Assembly: GCA_043803405.1 (NCBI GenBank)
Contig: JAZDKB010000010.1
Location: forward strand, 80,686-144,685
Length of the DNA stretch: 64,000 nucleotides
DNA from: Spirochaetota bacterium
GTDB lineage: Bacteria; Spirochaetota; UBA4802; JAFGDQ01
Direction of reading: 5' to 3'
The notes beneath the pieces were generated by a model that saw only the letters and a list, made by a program, of their open reading frames with translations, was not told the DNA's origin and ran no database searches. Both the position numbers and the translations under genes were made by a program. Of this stretch, positions 60,926-64,000 are shown one piece after another; the first letter of the stretch is position 1; each line of letters begins with the position of its first letter.

Positions 60926-61066
60926 CCGCAGGGACAGGTGACCTTGCCGTAGGGAGAGTGTCCCCTGGCCGTAAGAACGGGTGCCCCAACCGTAGGGACG
61001 GGTCACCTGCCCGTAAGTACAGGCGGCATAGCCGCAGGGGCGTGAGACCTGCCCGTAGGAGCTGCC
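60926..61066 (+). repeat. Degenerate 21-bp tandem array (6 full units plus a partial)
   Basis: CCG(T/C)A(G/A)G starts at 60926, 60947, 60969, 60990, 61011, 61032 and 61053. Confidence 0.8.
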
Positions 61067-61302
61067 TTATTAAAAATTTGTAACCTGAGCAGCACAAATC
61101 AGTCTTCTCTTCTCCACATGGGAGAAGTCCTAAAGGAGGCTTCGCACGGAGTTAGAGGGATGAGGTCAAGCAGCAGCACCAGCTTTATTTTCAACAATAT
61201 ATATCGGTTACAGATTCATACTTAACAGCACAGACACACAGAAAACAGAAAGACGATCGGGGATTTTCGGGAACAGAAAAGCTGTCGCAGCAGCAGAAGA
61301 TG

Positions 61303-61572
61303 CTATTTATACACATCACCCCTGAAATCGATATTGAACACGATAATATTTTTTTCTTTATCGTTGATTTTAAGAAGGATTCGCACCTTGCCTTTTCTAA
61401 TGCGGCAATATCCGGCCCATTCACCGTGAAGTCTCTTGAATCCAATGCTTACGGTTTCGCCGGATATTTTCCGGATAAATTTTTTGATCTCGCTTTTAAT
61501 TGAATTTTTTAGATTTGGATTTTTGCTAAGGAATTTATCCGCGTCTTTGGAATAATCAACAGACCAGCTCAT
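61303..61572 (-). CDS. RelE/ParE family type II toxin
   Basis: 89-aa basic protein with YSKDADKFL, KRLHG...YCRIRKGKVRI and IDFRGDVYK. Confidence 0.88.
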   Translation of the reverse strand: MSWSVDYSKDADKFLSKNPNLKNSIKSEIKKFIRKISGETVSIGFKRLHGEWAGYCRIRKGKVRILLKINDKEKNIIVFNIDFRGDVYK

Positions 61573-61772
61573 AAGTCTATAATCTCTCTGCGTGCAATGT
61601 CGATTTTTTTAGGCGGTTTTTTGCCGTAAAGTTTTTTAACATCCTCCATTTCTTCGTCAGAAACAAAAGGAACATTCTGCAGGATAAAATCAATGCGCTC
61701 CTCGCGAATAACATCCTTTACAGCTTGTTTGATCATGGAATAAAGTTCATCTTTGTTAACTGAAACTTGCAT
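61569..61772 (-). CDS. Putative cognate antitoxin
   Basis: 67 aa, upstream of the toxin with a 4-bp ATGA overlap, and an acidic VSDEEMED patch. Confidence 0.78.
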   Translation of the reverse strand: MQVSVNKDELYSMIKQAVKDVIREERIDFILQNVPFVSDEEMEDVKKLYGKKPPKKIDIARREIIDL

Positions 61773-61939
61773 TTTGAGTATAACCTTGAATGTTTTATAT
61801 AATGGTTTTTAATATTCTTAATAAAAAAGATATCCTTGATGTAATTAAAATAAGATAATATTAATTATTAGTCAAGATTAATAAATGTTAATAATATTAT
61901 TGGAAGTACAGGGGGGGATCGGCCCCTGCAGCCAAGGCA

Positions 61940-63169
61940 ATGGCGTATGACTCGTACAATAGAATTATCAGCGTAACGAATACGGACACGAGCGAGATTG
62001 TGGGCCGGTACTGGTACGACGATCAGGGCTTCCGCGTGCGCAAGGTCGCGAAACGCGTAGTCGGCAGCGAAACAAGACAGGTGGAGGTGCTGTACCCGTC
62101 CATGTACTTTGGCCTTGAAAAGCAGAGAGACTCCGCAGGCACTGAAGTGCCTAACTCGGTTTATTCAGTTAACAACATTTATCTTGACGGAGTGCGCATT
62201 GCAGCAGTAATACCCTCCGGGGACGCGAGATATTATTTGACAGACCAGGTTGACTCTGTTAAGGTAGTTGCAGACGACAACGGGCTTGCAGTAAGCCGCA
62301 TGGAATACATGCCATACGGCGAAACATGGTTTGAGGAAGGCGACACCAACAACGCGCCCAAGTATAACTCACAGGAACTTGATACAGAGTCGAACTTCTA
62401 TTACTACAACGCGCGGCATTACTCGCAGGATGTGGCGAGGTTTGTAACGCCTGACACGATGATTCCGAGAGAACTCGATACACAAAGCTGGAACAGATAT
62501 AGCTACTGCTCAAATAATCCGATTATTTACAAAGATCCGACAGGGCATTATGATTTTACTGGACTTGAGTCAGGAAATGAAGTAGGAGATAGACTATTAG
62601 AAAGTATATCAGATACTTCAAAAGCTATCTCTGGAACAAAAACTTCGGATTCAGATGCAAGTGTAAAAAAGGCTGCAAAAGAAGCAGTTGAAAGCAAGAT
62701 GCAGAAAGATAAAGGTGGTCAAGACAGGACTACAAGTAGTATGCCAAGCAAAACAGCAGAAAGTGCTGTTAAGAGTGCTACCGAAGGACTTAGAATAGAG
62801 GATATTAAAGTATATGAAGCTATTAACCAGACTAATGATATGATGAATCCGCTATTACCTAAGAAAAAATATATTGAACCTCCTGAAAATGCTGATAATG
62901 CTTATGATAAAGTAAAATTGACTTTGAAACACGCAAAAGCTGATGTTAAGGAAAAATATGCTGAATTAAAAGATAAATTCCCCATAGGTGTTCCAAATTT
63001 TAAAGAAGGTCTTAAACTTGGCAAAGAGTTATATAACGAATCAAAAAAGAATTCGTCTGATACTAATTCTGAAAAGGAGAAACAACAAAATGAAGGAAAG
63101 CCAGTTCAATATAAAGAACCACCAAAAGAAAAAATATTTAATTTTATTCTCGGACAAATTAAATACTAA
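61940..63169 (+). CDS. Orphan Rhs cassette 2: truncated Rhs core plus an unrecognised C-terminal toxin domain
   Basis: Near-identical to cassette 1 up to NPIIYKDPTGH (62548), then unrelated sequence. Confidence 0.85.
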   Translation: MAYDSYNRIISVTNTDTSEIVGRYWYDDQGFRVRKVAKRVVGSETRQVEVLYPSMYFGLEKQRDSAGTEVPNSVYSVNNIYLDGVRIAAVIPSGDARYYLTDQVDSVKVVADDNGLAVSRMEYMPYGETWFEEGDTNNAPKYNSQELDTESNFYYYNARHYSQDVARFVTPDTMIPRELDTQSWNRYSYCSNNPIIYKDPTGHYDFTGLESGNEVGDRLLESISDTSKAISGTKTSDSDASVKKAAKEAVESKMQKDKGGQDRTTSSMPSKTAESAVKSATEGLRIEDIKVYEAINQTNDMMNPLLPKKKYIEPPENADNAYDKVKLTLKHAKADVKEKYAELKDKFPIGVPNFKEGLKLGKELYNESKKNSSDTNSEKEKQQNEGKPVQYKEPPKEKIFNFILGQIKY

Positions 63170-63641
63170 ATATATTAGTTTAATAATTTCAATATTATTT
63201 ACAAGCTTTATTTATTGTTCGAGTTCACTTAGTACAATACCTAATAGACCAGAGAATATTCCAAAAGGAGCAATATGGTCTGAAAAGGAAAATAATTGGA
63301 TGTATCAGGAGGAGACTGGGGTATATTCATTTTGGTACCCAAATGGTAAAAAAGCGCAAGAAGCCAGAACAATCAATGGAAAGCACGAAGGTCTTTGTAC
63401 TAAATGGTACGAGAATGGAAATAAAAAGATGGAAGGTGTATATAAAAATGATTTAGCAGAAGGATTGTGGCAATGGTGGTGGCCGAATGGTCAATTACAA
63501 GGAAAGGGCAATTTTGTAGCAGATAAGGAAGAAAGTTTATGGGAAGCATGGGACGACAATGGAGTAAAATTAGGTGAGACGATATATAAAAATGGAGTAA
63601 TTATTTCAGAGAAAAATTTTAGTAAGAAAAAAAAAGAATAA
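63090..63641 (+). CDS. Putative immunity lipoprotein with MORN-variant (YwqK-like) repeats
   Basis: AAGGAG RBS then ATG 63090, hydrophobic stretch ending SFIYC, and repeats WYPNGKK / WYENGNK / WWPNGQL / WDDNGVK. Confidence 0.8.
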   Translation: MKESQFNIKNHQKKKYLILFSDKLNTKYISLIISILFTSFIYCSSSLSTIPNRPENIPKGAIWSEKENNWMYQEETGVYSFWYPNGKKAQEARTINGKHEGLCTKWYENGNKKMEGVYKNDLAEGLWQWWWPNGQLQGKGNFVADKEESLWEAWDDNGVKLGETIYKNGVIISEKNFSKKKKE

Positions 63642-63768
63642 CGAAGCATTTGAGTTTATTTTCTCGTAGTGATTTTCCAAACAAGATCAATCTTTATAGC
63701 AAAGGCACTCGGAAGCAGAGAGACGATTACAGGTTAACGGGAACTGAGATGCGTTGGTGTCAGTGCAA

Positions 63769-63860
63769 GCGTTCGTGAGCATCGGCAAAAGCTCTCGGGA
63801 GCAGAGAGGCGGGCGAAGAAGCAAAAGCGCGCGTTGCTGTAGTCAACCTCACCCCCCGGC
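63769..63860 (+). repeat. Conserved post-immunity spacer (copy 3) followed by an AACCTCACCCCCCGGC element start
   Basis: Matches 59459-59527. 63813-63860 matches 60243-60290 at 44/48. Confidence 0.8.
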
Positions 63861-64000
63861 CCCGCTATGTAGTAGTCAAGGGATTTGAGGCTATTTCTTT
63901 AAAAATAATTTTAAATTGCTGCTTGTTTGAAGATATTTTTCCAACCCGCTATTCGTGCTTTATGCACAGTTTAATTATTCGTTTTCTTTAATTAAGCGCT

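Noticed and set aside
60926..61066. CRISPR or TIGR array
   Set aside because: The period is only 21 bp with a ~7-bp constant part and mutually similar tails. No cas or Nop-domain gene is in the window.
60850..61083. 77-aa ORF across the 21-bp array
   Set aside because: TTG start with no clear RBS, and the repeat phase shifts mid-ORF. Probably incidental.
57342..62548. Diversity-generating retroelement template/variable repeat pair
   Set aside because: Differences between the Rhs cores are mostly synonymous and not adenine-specific, and there is no reverse transcriptase.

Overview
A 64-kb bacterial chromosomal window, probably from an anaerobic or microaerobic spirochaete related to the Leptospirales. 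That assignment is an inference from spirochaete-type lipoboxes, Leptospira-style Rhs cores and the rpmH-rnpA-yidD-yidC-jag-mnmE order. The first ~56.8 kb is mostly housekeeping and stress genes: a PerR/Fur-rubrerythrin-desulfoferrodoxin-copZ-copA-flavoprotein/ArsC-rubredoxin run, katG, an isolated ACP plus fused ketosynthase, TetR-OYE, pncA/pncB, the rpmH-mnmE cluster, uppP, an alanine symporter, oadG/oadB, a Crp/Fnr regulator with hcp, ppdK, a DsbD-like protein and a complete pstSCAB-pstB-phoU operon. From ~56.9 kb to the end lies an accessory polymorphic-toxin locus. It has two 5'-truncated (orphan) Rhs core/toxin/immunity cassettes, a RelE-type toxin-antitoxin pair, two DUF559 (Vsr-like) endonuclease genes and a dense set of palindromic elements. 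The strongest leads are: (i) DUF559 genes bracketed by inverted GC hairpins, with related hairpins inserted into the Rhs gene (a candidate nuclease/palindrome mobile system); (ii) a 21-bp degenerate array beside the second DUF559; (iii) two PstB paralogues with complementary motif losses, predicting one live and one dead ATPase site; (iv) 28-bp GTAG REPs whose locus-specific flanks are mirrored on both sides; and (v) an L,D-transpeptidase-like Rhs toxin with an exported discoidin-like immunity protein. All calls come from reading motifs by eye; no database searches were run.
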